64,000 nucleotides of DNA from Mobula birostris (GCF_030028105.1 NC_092383.1:90663921-90727920), one strand, 5' to 3'; positions 11,519-23,788 are shown, counted from the first letter of the stretch. Numbers and translations are program-made. The notes: generated by a model from the sequence alone, not told the origin.

Positions 11519-14500
11519 GAGTGGCCAGTATGTTCAGGATTGATTACGGTGAAAGTTGGAGGACAGCGATGCTGGATCGGTATTCAGTAGGTGGAAAGAA
11601 GCACAAGGTCCTGTAGAAAGGGTTGTAACATGGAGGCATTGATTACGAGGAGCCAGTGTGAACAGAGGGGCCAAAAGGCCTAATTCTGCTCCTAGATCTT
11701 ACGGTCTTATGGAAACTGAGTGTGGGAGGTGGCAGTCTGATGCGTTTTTGACGTGAAGTATAACTATTTCTCACCCACTGGTATCTTTATTTAACCATAG
11801 AGCTCGGAGTTGGCCCTTCCAGTACGTCGAGTCACCCCGTCCCAGCAAATCCATGACCCCAATTAACCCTAATGTGACCATGGGACAACTTACAATGACC
11901 AATTAATCTAACTGGTACGCCTTTGGACTGTGGGAGGAAACCGGAGCACCCAGGGAAACCCCATGCTTTCCACAGGGAGGACGTACAGAGACTTCCTTAC
12001 AGAACGGTACCAGAACTGAACTCTGAAACGCCCCAAGCTGCAACAGCATCGCACTAACTGCTACTAACGGGGCTTATTTTGGGATAAAAGGAGAAGAGAA
12101 TGATGGAGGCCTTTTAGAACGGGATCAAAGGATCAAAAAAAGGCTAGAGCAGCAAAGAATATATAGCAGTTCCATTCAAATACAATCCAGGTAGTCCCAC
12201 TTCCCTTTCAGATATTTACACAGCTCTCCTTTGAATGTTGCTAGAATATATAAGATGATAAGAGGCATTGATACAGTGAACAGCCAGTGACCTTTCCCCA
12301 GGGTGGAAATGGCTAATACAGAAAGGGTATCATTTTAAGATGACTGGATGAAACTATTGGGGGGGGGGGTCAGAGGTAGATTCTTATTACACAGAGTGGT
12401 GGGTGCGTGGAACACACCACTGGGGTGGTGTAGAGGCAAATACATTAGGGACATTTAAGAAACTCTTAGATAAGCATGTTACGTTGGCGCCAGAACATGC
12501 AGCACTTGCAGGCTGGCCACATCACATTGTTAGGTTGCGCTGGTCGTTAACACAAATAACACATTTCACTGCGTGTTTCGATGTACGTGTGATAAATAAA
12601 TGAATCTGAATCTCACTGAAAGAAAACGGAGGGATATGCAGGAGCGAAGCGTTAGATTGATCCTGGGGTGGATTAAGAAAAAAATCGGCACCACATCATG
12701 GGCTGAAGGGCCTGTACTCTGCTCTACCACTCCACAGTATGTTCTTTGTTACAATTAAAATCTGCCTTCAGACAATCAACTCTCCACTGTCTTACATTTG
12801 GTTTCTTTGCCAATCACATTCAAGGTCCGCACGTTCTTGACACCAGCTCCCATGCCAAATGGAACAGTTTCCTTCAACCTTTGTGTATCGCTCCATAATT
12901 TTAACTACTTTAATCAAAGTTTCTCACAGTCTCATCCATCCCAAGTAATCAATGCAATATTTCCAGCAGATCTACATTCCTTAAAGTCACTTGCACATGC
13001 CCTCTCCAAAGATTTTACATCTCTCTTAAAACGTAGGGCTGAGAACTGGACTCTAAATTCCATTTGTGGCCAAATCAAGTGATTTTTTTTCTTTGAAGAT
13101 TCATTGTAACTTGGTCACCTTGTTACAGGAGAGACATTGTCAAGCTGGAAAGGATGCAACAGATTCTGCACAGATGCTCAAAATCCAGAACAACACACAC
13201 AAGATTCTGGAAGAACTCAGAAGGTCAGGCAGCGTCTATGGAAGGGAATAAACAGTCGACGTTTCAGGCCAGGACCTGGGTCCTGATGGAGATGCTCAAT
13301 CTGATTTGTATAAACATTACACAAGACAAGCTTCTTCACTGGTCCATGTGGCAAAACCAATACCTGCTTCTAAACAAAAAACTGGAGGCAATCAGTGGGT
13401 CAGGCACCATCTCTGGAGGGAAATGGACAGTCAACATTTCCAGCCCCTCCTCCATCTGCCTGTCATTACCCCCTCCCCATCTGGATCCATCTATCTCGCC
13501 TGATCCTTTCTCCCCATATTTATCATCCCTATGTCTTTCAGTCTACGCAAATTGGCAACTGTCCATTTTTCTCCACAGATGCTGCCTGACACGCTGAGTT
13601 CCTATAGCATTTTCGCTTGTGGTTATATTTCTCATGTCTGCTCCCCAAAGACCAGAAAAACGCACCTTCATAATGCCTACCTGCTATCAAAGGACATATA
13701 CGTATACAGAAAGGTGCTGGAAAAGAGCCAGTTAAATATGATCCCACCCACCCTGCTCATGGACTGTGAGTCCCACTCCCATCAGGGAGGAGGCTACGTA
13801 GTATCCACACCAGGACCACCAGACTCAAAAACAGTTGCTTTCCCCAAGCAGTAAGGAAAACACCTCCACCCACAAACCCACCCCACCACATCCCCAACCA
13901 CCACTACTTTATCGTTTCCTGTCAGTCACCTTATGTACAGCCACTCCTGTGCCTAGCGTCACTTCATGGACATACAGTCAATGAATATAAGCTAGTTTAT
14001 GTATTTAAATTATTGTATTCTTTATCTTATCGTGTTTCTTTTTGTGCTGTAACAATTATTTAGTTCTCCTATACACTTGTGTACTGGAAATGACATTAAA
14101 TAATCTTGAATAATTTGCAAACAAAAAGCTCAGCGCATTCAGGAATTCCACAGCAAGGTGATCAGTATGCATAGTTTCTCCCTGACATTTTGCACTTTCA
14201 GAACTTGCACCTCTGATATAACCACGGACCTCGATGTGGAATATGTTGGCAAATTGCAAAAGAACACCATTCAATGCTAAAAAAAAAGAGAACGTACCCT
14301 CCAAGGCACATTTCACCCTCAAAGGTGGCGGGTTACAGCCACCTGCTCTTTTTTTAAACCAGATCAGTGGGCGCAGCCATTCCACCAAGTCCACGAAAAG
14401 CAGAACGCAAAGGGAAAAAAAATATCTACATCTGTCAACGATTACGGCAGAAAATTCAAAGGATGGTACACTGGCGTCATAAATCACAACTTCCATCGCC

Positions 14501-14602
14501 CAGAAACAATGCCGAAAAGGTAGCGTGGGACAGTTCACACGTTGTACACACATGGGGAACCCTTTTGTAGCGATGAAGCCACCAAGATCCCATACCTCAC
14601 CA

Positions 14603-14604
<2 letters not shown>

Positions 14605-14633
<29 letters not shown>
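14605..14633. repeat. (CA)n microsatellite
   Basis: Directly visible dinucleotide run. Confidence 0.9.
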
Positions 14634-14635
<2 letters not shown>

Positions 14636-14932
14636 GTTTACAGAAAAAAACACTCGCTTCTGACCTGTCCAACCTGGTTTTGCCCGCGGAGGATCCGACA
14701 CGAGTAAAAGCAGCTACGATTTACACGCGCGTTGCGATTTAAACAAATTCACCGTTTGAAAAGCGGCAACAACAACAACAAAAAGACCATGCGACGCGAG
14801 CGCAGGAGCCATCATGAGAGCAACACGACAGACAGGCAACACTTCATCCAATCCGCCGAGATGGGATCGGCGCAACGACACCCGAGGGAGGGAGGGAGGG
14901 AGGGAGGGGGAAGAAAGGGAGCTTTGCCTTAC

Positions 14933-15122
14933 GTTCCTTGCCCAGGGGAGGGGGAGCACGTCGAGGCGCAAATCTGGATTTTCCACCGGACTGAAAGTTG
15001 AAGTCACTGAGATAAATCTGCACTCATTGATGGCAGCGGGATTACTTGCCGGACGGCGGCGACGGCGGCGGCATCATAATCGCCATGTCACACCCCGGGG
15101 CAGACGGAGGGAGGGAGTGGGG
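14933..15122 (-). other. candidate non-coding 5' UTR exon 2 (with two uORFs) of the left-hand gene, probably usp49
   Basis: Minus-strand ctcccctCAG acceptor (AG at 15124-15123) after a long pyrimidine-rich stretch, and AAC|GTAAGG donor at 14932. CpG-rich. uORFs at 15086-15042 and 15027-15004. Confidence 0.55.
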
Positions 15123-15174
15123 CTGAGGGGAGATCATAGGAGGGTGGGGGGGGGGAGATCAAAGAGGTGGCGGT

Positions 15175-15740
15175 GAATCAGAGAGGGAGCAGAGAGGGGA
15201 AGAAATCAGAGGGAGGAATCAGAGAAGGGGAGAATCGGGGGGAAATCAGAGAGGGGCGGATCAGACAGAGCGGAATCAGAGAGGGGGTTCAGAGAGGGTA
15301 TCAGAGAGAGGGGAATCAGAGGTGGGGGTTCAGAGAAGGAGGATCGGGGGGATCAGAGGGGGCAATCAGAGAGTGGTGAAATCACAATGGGAGAAATCAG
15401 AGTGGGAAATCTGGGGAGGGGATCAGAGTGGGAAATCTGGGGAGGGGATCAGAGTGGGAAATCTGGGGGATCACAGCGGGAAATCTGGGGAGGGATCAGA
15501 GCGGGGAATCTGGGGAGGGAATCGGAGTGGGAAATCTGGGGAGGGAATCAGAGTGGGAAATCTGGGGGGATCAGAGTGGGAGAATCTGGGGTTTCAGAGT
15601 GGAGGAATCTGGGGGAGTTCCGAGTGGGGGAATCTGGGGATCTGAAGGAGAATCAGAGCGAGGAGGTGGAATTGGGAGGGATCAGTGATGGGAATCAGAG
15701 GGATCAGGGAGAGGGGAATCAAGGAGAGAGAATCAGTAGA
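15175..15740. repeat. G-rich minisatellite, about 24-26 bp unit (ATCAGAGTGGGAAATCTGGGGAGGG)
   Basis: Near-perfect units visible at about 15397-15600, with more degenerate ATCAGAG-based units on both flanks. Confidence 0.85.
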
Positions 15741-15977
15741 GGAGGGTGACCAGGGAGAAAGGAGATGGAGGGGGACGAAAGTGGACAGGGTGGAATGGGA
15801 GGAGGAGTGAGGATTTCAGAATGAGTGGGTGTTGAGTGTTGGGGATGGGGACTGAAGAGTGAAGGGGGTTGAGGGTTGGGTTTAAGGGATGAGTACCTTC
15901 CCCCGGGTCCCACAGGTCCCTGCCTCCCTCCTTTAATGAAGCACTGAGCGGCGCCCCGGCCCCACTAAGTCACTCAC

Positions 15978-16090
15978 CCACCAGCCTGCCGCTGCCACAG
16001 CGGGCCGCCCTGCCGTCACTGACCGGCCTCGGGCACTCCAGGCCCGGCCGGGCCCCGCCGCCTCCATCCACCCCCAGAACAATGGGCCGC
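15978..16090 (-). other. candidate first (non-coding) exon of the left-hand gene, probably usp49
   Basis: Very GC/CpG-rich, with a TGG|GTGAGT donor at 15977 on the minus strand immediately downstream of a promoter motif cluster. The 5' boundary is approximate. Confidence 0.55.
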
Positions 16091-16170
16091 CGCAGGAAGT
16101 GGCGGGGCGGCGCCATTGCTGCCGTGACGTCAGCGGTCAGGGTTCAGCGGGCAGGCACGTGACCAGGGGA
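16090..16170 (-). promoter_or_regulatory. CpG-island housekeeping promoter motif cluster
   Basis: ETS CAGGAAGT 16093-16100, GC box GGGGCGG 16104-16110, YY1-like CGCCATT 16111-16117, full CRE TGACGTCA 16125-16132, E-box CACGTGAC 16156-16163. Confidence 0.7.
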
Positions 16171-18079
16171 TCGGTGTGGGTCGCCACTCGCTGTACGGAC
16201 GTGCTCTCGGCTCACGGGGATACGAACACACGCACACAGTAGCTCTGCACAAGGAAATGTGCACACACTCACTGCACACGGGTGTGAGCGCACACGCCAC
16301 GCTGTGCTGGTCACTGTCAACGACGTCCTCTCTGTTTCTTTTCCAGCTACACGCTCCAACCGTTGCTCTGAGCAGGAAATTTTCACACGGCCTGAAAACT
16401 GCACGGCACTTTAATAAAACATTATAGAAAAGAACATTCCAGCTGCGTGGCAACAAAGGCTATGGGCGCTGGAGCATTTCAGCTACTGCACGGCCACACA
16501 TCTTAAAGGGAACACTGACTGGTACAGTAAACTCAAACTATAAAGAGAGCACTTGAGAAGTTTTCATCTAAACAATTAGACACATCAAGTAGTTCCCTAA
16601 GGATATTTTTTTTCAAAATATGTCTATCAATAGCAAACTTGATTCATATTCCATAGGCCAAACTTTCCAAGTGGGAGATTTCTTTTTCACTATATATATA
16701 CTCGTAGACACAAACCACACGTGTGGGTATTACTGCAACATATAGTCATTTTATTAATTTAGTGAGATACAGTGCGGAACAGGCACTCCCAGTCCTTTGA
16801 ACCACGCCTCCCAGCAATCCCCAGATTTAACCTAATAATGGGACTATTTACAATGACCAATTAACCTACCATCCGGTAGGTTTTGGATTGTGGAAGGAAA
16901 CCAAAGCACCAAAGAAACCCACATGGTCACAGGGAGAACGTGATGCTCCTTGCAGGCAGCAGCGGGAGTCAAACCCAAGTCATCTGTCCTGCAAAGCATT
17001 GTGCTTTCCGTGCCGTCCTTCTGCGCTGTACTACTGCTGCAAAACAACAAATTTCATGACGCATGTCAGTGAAAATAAGCCTGATTCTGATTATTGTTTC
17101 AAAGTTGCAGGTTAACACATTTTTAACTTGTGGTACACAAAGCTGAGATGCAGTAAAATAAGAAACAGCCTCTCCGTACCATTCACCATCACTAGCAGGG
17201 CCTCACGACATTGAAGAGATAAGTGAACAGTCCATCTGATTGAAATTGGTTTATTATTGTCACATGTACTGAGATACAGTGAGTAGCTTGTCTTGCATAC
17301 TGTCCATACAACTAAATCTTTACACGGTGCATTAAGCAAGAACAATGTAAAGCAATAACCTTGAAGAAATAAACAAAACCTCCGTCTGATATGGGGAGGG
17401 GGTGTGGTTTGGCTACTGCACAGGATCGAGGTAAGCTACAGAGAGCTGTAAAATTAGCCTGCTCCATCATGAGCACTAGCCTCCAGAGTATCCAGGATAT
17501 CTTCAAGGAGTGGTGGCTGAAAAAGGCTGCATCTATCATTAAGGGCCCCCACCACCCAGGACATGCCTTCTTCTCATTGTTACCATCAGGTAGGAGGTAC
17601 AGAAGCCTGAAGGCACACACTCAATTACTCAGGAACAGCTTCTTCCCCTCTACTGTCCAATTCCTGAATGGACATTGAAACTATGAACACTACCTCACTA
17701 TTCTTTTCATTTCTATTTTTGCACTAATTATTTAATTTAGAGTAATTCACATTTTTCTGTTATTATGTATTTCATTGTACTGCTGCTACAAAGACAACAA
17801 ATTTTACAACGTATCTTGGTGATATTAAACCTGATTTGACTCTGAATGAAGTGTAACAACTACAAAGGAAGTGCAGTGCAGGCAGACAATAAAGTGTAAG
17901 ATCATAACGGGGTAGATGGTGAGATCAAGAGTCCAACTTACTAGGGATCTATTCAATAGTCATATAACAGCGGAGCAAAAACTGTGAGTGTAGTGGTACA
18001 TCTTTCAGGCTTTTGTATCTTCCACCCATTGGGAGAGGGGAGAAGAGAGAGTGTCCCGGGTCGGTGGCATTTTTGATTA

Positions 18080-18856
18080 CACTAAACAACAAATTCTTTT
18101 GTAAGTGTTGCTTTCTAGGAATTTTTTTTTTTGGTTTCTTATAGACCACTTGAAGCTGAACACAAATATAATTTCAGACCACTTGTATCCCACAGGAATT
18201 GGGAGAAAGAGGAAACTAAGTTTTACTGAATATAATATGTTTAATTGCATAACAGTGCTGACGCTTTGCAATAGTTCAATTAAGCTAAAAATGTTTTGTT
18301 GATGATTTTCATTTGTACTCAGTGTCTGAGGCTTCTCGCTTAAGTGTCCAACACTAATCAGCCGGCATTGACGGATTCCAGTTGCCCTGATACTGTTTCT
18401 CCATGACCGCAATGTCCTGGTGAAACCTTTCACCATGCTCGTCACTGACAGCACCTAGATTTGCAGGGAAGAAGTCGAAATGGGAATGCAGAAAATGAAC
18501 CTTTAGTGATAAGTCACGTGAAACATGTTGTCAATCAGCTGCACATAGTTTAGTGCTTTGTAAAATTTTCAGCAACATCCTTGTATGCCTTCCATGTGAT
18601 TTCCTCCAGTCCCGCTAGAAGCTGCCTATCATTGATGACCTGTTTGATTTGTGGAGCAACAGAAATGCCTTCCTTAATCTTGGCATCAGCTATTCTGACT
18701 TGAATTTGAATTGAAACAACAAATATACAAACGTTTGTAGTTTTTTTTAGATGGTGCATAATAGGAACATTTCTTAGTGATTTTCATGATCAGCAGCCCA
18801 AAATCTATAAGAGGCACCCAAAAGAATTCAGGAAGCAAAATCTTTGTTGTCCAGTG
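18080..18856 (-). mobile_element. Chapaev3 (CMC) DNA transposon fossil, internally deleted
   Basis: Minus-strand remnants read DAKIKEGISVAPQIKQVI...W.AYKDVAENF and SLKVHFLHSHFDFFPANLGAVSDEHGERFHQDIAVMEKQYQGNWNPSM. TIRs are CACTAAACAACAAA / TTTGTTGTCCAGTG, flanked by TTA/TCA. Inserted in a Rex1 fragment. Confidence 0.7.
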
Positions 18857-19289
18857 TCATGTTGACTGCTTTCACGAGGCAGCGATAGGTGTAGGCAGTG
18901 TCCATGGAGGGGAGGCCAGCTTGTGTGATGTAATGTACTGAGCTGTGTCCACGACTCTGTGCAATTTCTCACAGTTATATGCAGAGCAGTTGCCATAATG
19001 CATCCAGACAGAATGCTTTCTCTGTTACTGACGTTGACTAAGATATAATTTTTGTGGAGGACACAACTGATACTCTTTGCACAATCCCATGACATCCATT
19101 ACTCCAGAACAGTGAGGAGATTGTCAATTTAATACCTGATCCCGAAGGAACAGCTCTGACACTTCAGGGCAGCACTAAAGCAACAACATGCCAGAGCCCG
19201 TCACATGGGGCCTCAACCCAGAAACCTGCAACAGAAATGAAAGCATTAGACAGCAGGAGCAAGAGCAAATACTGCCGACAGACAGTGTG

Positions 19290-21060
19290 GTGGTGGGAGA
19301 GAGGGGAGAGGCTGAGTAGGGAGACAGAGAGAGAGTGAGGGGTGTGAGAGATAGCAAGGGGAGAAAAGGAGGGGGAGGTTACAAAATGGGATGGTTGAGA
19401 GGGGGGAGTGTGAGGGGGGTGTGAGAGCGGGGGAGGAAGGGAGAGAGGGGGGAGAAGGGAGAGAGAGAGAGGGGAAAAGAGAGAGANNNNNNNNNNNNNN
19501 NNNNNNNNNNNNNNNNNNNNNNNNNNNNNNNNNNNNNNNNNNNNNNNNNNNNNNNNNNNNNNNNNNNNNNNNNNNNNNNNNNNNNNNNNNNNNNNNNNNN
19601 NNNNNNNNNNNNNNNNNNNNNNNNNNNNNNNNNNNNNNNNNNNNNNNNNNNNNNNNNNNNNNNNNNNNNNNNNNNNNNNNNNNNNNNNNNNNNNNNNNNN
19701 NNNNNNNNNNNNNNNNNNAGAGAGAGGGGGGAAGAGAGAGAGAGGGGGGGGAAGAGAGAGAGAGAGGGGGGAAGAGAGAGAGAGGGGGGAAGAGAGAGAG
19801 AGAGGGGAAGAGAGAGAGAGAGGGGGGAAGAGAGAGAGAGAGGGNNNNNNNNNNNNNNNNNNNNNNNNNNNNNNNNNNNNNNNNNNNNNNNNNNNNNNNN
19901 NNNNNNNNNNNNNNNNNNNNNNNNNNNNNNNNNNNNNNNNNNNNNNNNNNNNNNNNNNNNNNNNNNNNNNNNNNNNNNNNNNNNNNNNNNNNNNNNNNNN
20001 NNNNNNNNNNNNNNNNNNNNNNNNNNNNNNNNNNNNNNNNNNNNNNNNNNNNNNNNNNNNNNNNNNNNNNNNNNNNNNNNNNNNNNNNNNNNNNNNNNNN
20101 NNNNNNNNNNNNNNNNNNNNNNNNNNNNNNNNNNNNNNNNNNNNNNNNNNNNNNNNNNNNNNNNNNNNNNNNNNNNNNNNNNNNNNNNNNNNNNNNNNNN
20201 NNNNNNNNNNNNNNNNNNNNNNNNNNNNNNNNNNNNNNNNNNNNNNNNNNNNNNNNNNNNNNNNNNNNNNNAGAGAGAGGGGNNNNNNNNNNNNNNNNNN
20301 NNNNNNNNNNNNNNNNNNNNNNNNNNNNNNNNNNNNNNNNNNNNNNNNNNNNNNNNNNNNNNNNNNNNNNNNNNNNNNNNNNNNNNNNNNNNNNNNNNNN
20401 NNNNNNNNNNNNNNNNNNNNNNNNNNNNNNNNNNNNNNNNNNNNNNNNNNNNNNNNNNNNNNNNNNNNNNNNNNNNNNNNNNNNNNNNNNNNNNNNNNNN
20501 NNNNNNNNGAGGGGGAAGGGAGAGGGGGAAGGGAGAGAGAGAGAGGGGAAGGGGAGAGATTGAGAGAGGTGGAGGGTGTGAGAGGGGGTGGAGGGTGTGA
20601 TGAGGGTTGGGAGAGGAGAGAGAGTGGTGGAGAGGGGAAGGGAGAAAGAGAGGGAAGGGAGAGAGAGGGAGAACAGAGGGGAAGGGAGGGGGAGGGGAGA
20701 AAGAGGGGGAGTGGGACAGAGAGGCAGAGGGGGAGAGAGAGGTGGAGGGGAGAGAGTGGGGTAGGGGAGAGAGGGATGGGGAGAGAGAGGATTGGGGAGA
20801 GAGAGAGGATAGGGGAGAGAGAGAGTGGGAGGAGAAAGAGAGGGGGAGGGGAGAATGAGGTAGAGGGGAGGGGCAGAGAGAGGGGAAGGGAGACGGGGAG
20901 GGAGAAAAGAGGGAGGGAGAGAGAAGGGAGAGGAGGGGGAAGGGGAGTGAGAGGGATGGGGGGATAAGGGAGAGGGGAGAAAGCGGTAGAGGAAGTGTGT
21001 GGGAGGGGCGGGAGAGAGAGAAAGAGAAAGGAAGGAGAAAGATATAGGAGGAAAAAGAGC
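19290..21060. repeat. polypurine (GA-rich) low-complexity tract with three N gaps
   Basis: Almost pure G/A on the plus strand. N runs at 19487-19718, 19845-20271 and 20283-20508. Confidence 0.95.
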
Positions 21061-21567
21061 ATATAGTCTGGAAATGAGAGGTTAAAAGACTGAATTTGTT
21101 ACTTCTCTGAAGTGGTTAACCTGAATGTCACTGAGCCCTTTAGCAGTTCTTCCGTCATTCACTGGAGTCAGAGGTAATTAAGGTCTAACTTCAGTATTAC
21201 GGTAACATTTTGTGAACCAGACCTGTTCCTTTAACAACCATTGTATAATACATACTTTGGGTCACCGGCCCACACCCGGCACATTGAGTCATGTTAGTTT
21301 CTGAGACAAGATTTCCTCATTATTTACAATTTTTAAATTCTAGATTACAAGAACAGATTAAAACGATTTTTTTTCATTAAAGACTAATAATTCCTATTTT
21401 AAGCGATCTATACTCTTGTAATTGTTACAGGATTTAAAATTAATCGTACTTTAAAGTCCCGTTCACCTTGAAACAAAACTCTTCGATAGATAGACATTAA
21501 ATGTGTTTGATAATTGTGTTTCAAATTGAGTGATTTAGCCGGCTTGCCAGACATCAGTCAAAAATTA

Positions 21568-22535
21568 CAGTGGATTCCGGTTAATCGGGCCATCGGTTAA
21601 TCGGGACAGCTGGTTATTTGTGCTAACTCTTAAAGAACAAAAACTAATCGATAGAATAGCTGGGGTTCCCTTCCTTTATTTGGGACACTTTTGCTTAATT
21701 AGGGCAGGTGACTTGCCAGACAGCTTCAAACGAGCGCCAGTCGCCTGCGCTTTTGTGTCCTTAGAGCGAAGAGTTCTTAAAATAGCATCAGTTGCGAGTG
21801 TTTGTGTTCAAAAAGCAGTGATTTTTTGCGAGAAATGAGCAGTAGGACAATTCAGAACTCTTGTTCACTGCGGTTTCAGGCATTCAGTCTCGGAAATGTC
21901 AGGAACGGGGTTTATCTGTTTGCAATGGGACGGCCGCCACACACCGGCACATCGCTTCGACAGGCAGTTAAACCAGGTGAGAGTAGCCGGCGGCCTCATA
22001 CCCCGGTTACCTAGGGCCGTATGCGGAATCAGCTCCGCGGATGAGAGTAACAGTGAGATCCCACGGCCAGGAAGGAGGATCTGCAACGCTCGGTGGAGAG
22101 CCAAGGGCGTGGCGTGAGAGAGGGGTCTCGGTCATCCGCTGCATCCCAGGAAGACACCAGTTGTGATGTCTACTCGTCCCACTGAACCGAACTTTCCACT
22201 CTCCTGCACAGGTTTCCTGTCAACGTCGGATGCGATGGACAACCGCCAGTAGGATTGGTAGTGTTCGAATTTGTTCTATATTTCATTTAAATACATAATT
22301 TGTTACTCCTGACGAAGGGTCTCGGCCTGAAACGTCGACTGTACCTCTTCCTAGAGACGCTGCCTGGCCTGCTGCGTTCACCAGCAACTTTGAAGTATGT
22401 TGCTTGAATTTGTTAGTCAGTTGTATTATTAATATTTTGTAACTATTTCCATGAAACTTCGGCTAATTGGGACAGCCGCTTACTTGGGCCAGAATCTACA
22501 GGTCCTGATGTTTCCCAAATAGCCAAAATCCACTG
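21568..22535 (+). mobile_element. Tigger/pogo-family element (copy 2) with nested insertions
   Basis: TA|CAGTGGATTCCGGTTAATCGGG ... CCCAAATAGCCAAAATCCACTG|TA. Colinear with copy 1 except for inserts at about 21909-22246 and 22309-22406. Confidence 0.8.
22309..22341 (+). ncRNA. minimal hammerhead ribozyme core (Penelope-associated), stem I mostly missing
   Basis: CTGACGA-AGGGTCTCGGCCT-GAAA-CG-TC-GACTG. Core nucleotides are intact, but only 2 bp of stem I can form with the upstream flank. Confidence 0.55.
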
Positions 22536-23788
22536 TACTTTCTTTCCAACCCGCCCCCCCCCCCCGCCACCACCACCACCACTTTCTTTAAAGTTCTCTC
22601 ACACTAGGGTGCTGATATAAAACTCCTACCACTGATGGTGTTCAGTTCTCGTGTGTCTTGAGTGACTTTCAGGCTAATTTATTGAACACAGATTGTCCAA
22701 GCAGCAGACCCACCATCCTTAAGTCAGGCATTAGGTTAGCATCAGAAGACAGAGTGAAATGTATCGTTTGTGCTATCGACCAACACAGTCCGAGGATGCG
22801 CTGGGGGCGGGGGGGGGGGGGCAGCCTGCGAGCGCCGCCATGCCTCTTTGGAATGTGGGAGGAAATTCGCCACAGTCACAGGGGAATGTATACACTTCTC
22901 ATAGACAGCAGCGGGAATCGAATGGGCAATCACTGGAGCTGTAAAACATTCCGCTAGCCACTATGCTACCATGCCGAAAGACCGTGCTAATTGACTCCAC
23001 TCTTCTTTCCTTGTGGCCTGTAAAGATTTTCTTGTCCAATCTACACAGAGCATAACACGCAGTACAGGTTCTCCAGCCCACAATGTTGTACTGACCTTTT
23101 AACCTACTTTGAGATCAATCTGACTCCCCCTTCCACATAGCCCTCCACTTTTCTACCAACTCTTATCTAGGAGTTTCTTAAATGTCCCTAACGTATCTGC
23201 CTCTACCGCCACCCTTGGCAGTGCATTCCACACACCCAGCGCTCTGTGTGAAAACTTACTTCTGATATCCCCTCTCCTAAACTGTCCTTTCCTCCAATCA
23301 CCTTAAAATTGCGCCCCCTTGTGTTAGCTGTTTCCGCTCTGGGAAAAAACCTCTGGCTGTCCATTCTACCTACGCCTCTTATCATCATGTACAATCTATC
23401 AAATCACCTCTCATCCTCTTTCACTCTGAAGGGAAAAGCCCTAGCTCTCTTACTTATCCTCGTAAGACATGCTCTCTAATCCAGGCAGCATCCTGGTGAA
23501 TCCTCTCTCTAAACTGTCTACATTCTTCCTATAATGAGGTGACTAGAACTGAAGAAATAATTTCTTTTGAAGGATCTTTTCATCACACTTTTAGGCACTA
23601 CATTACAAATGAGACATTCCATTGGGTTGGTTCGCCTATTCTTCACTCCAGTTCCTTGACCATAAATGCACTACAATCAAAACTGATCCTGCTCTTGCAT
23701 TTAGGTTTACCCACAGGATAGTAACGAGACAGACGGAGAGCACAGGAGACTACAGATGCTCACAATCAGACTGCCCCCCTTATTGTTA

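Noticed and set aside
14714-15007. 97-aa minus-strand ORF as the first coding exon of the left-hand gene
   Set aside because: It starts at GTG, runs through the 14932 donor into low-complexity intron, and does not resemble the USP49 N-terminus.
15167-15749. Several Gly/Glu/Trp-rich ORFs and a CRISPR-like periodicity
   Set aside because: Translations of a head-to-tail minisatellite. There are no unique spacers and no cas genes, and the DNA is vertebrate.
19164-21062. 632-aa and 390-aa ORFs spanning the GA tract
   Set aside because: Artefacts of low-complexity purine sequence and N runs that contain no stop codons.
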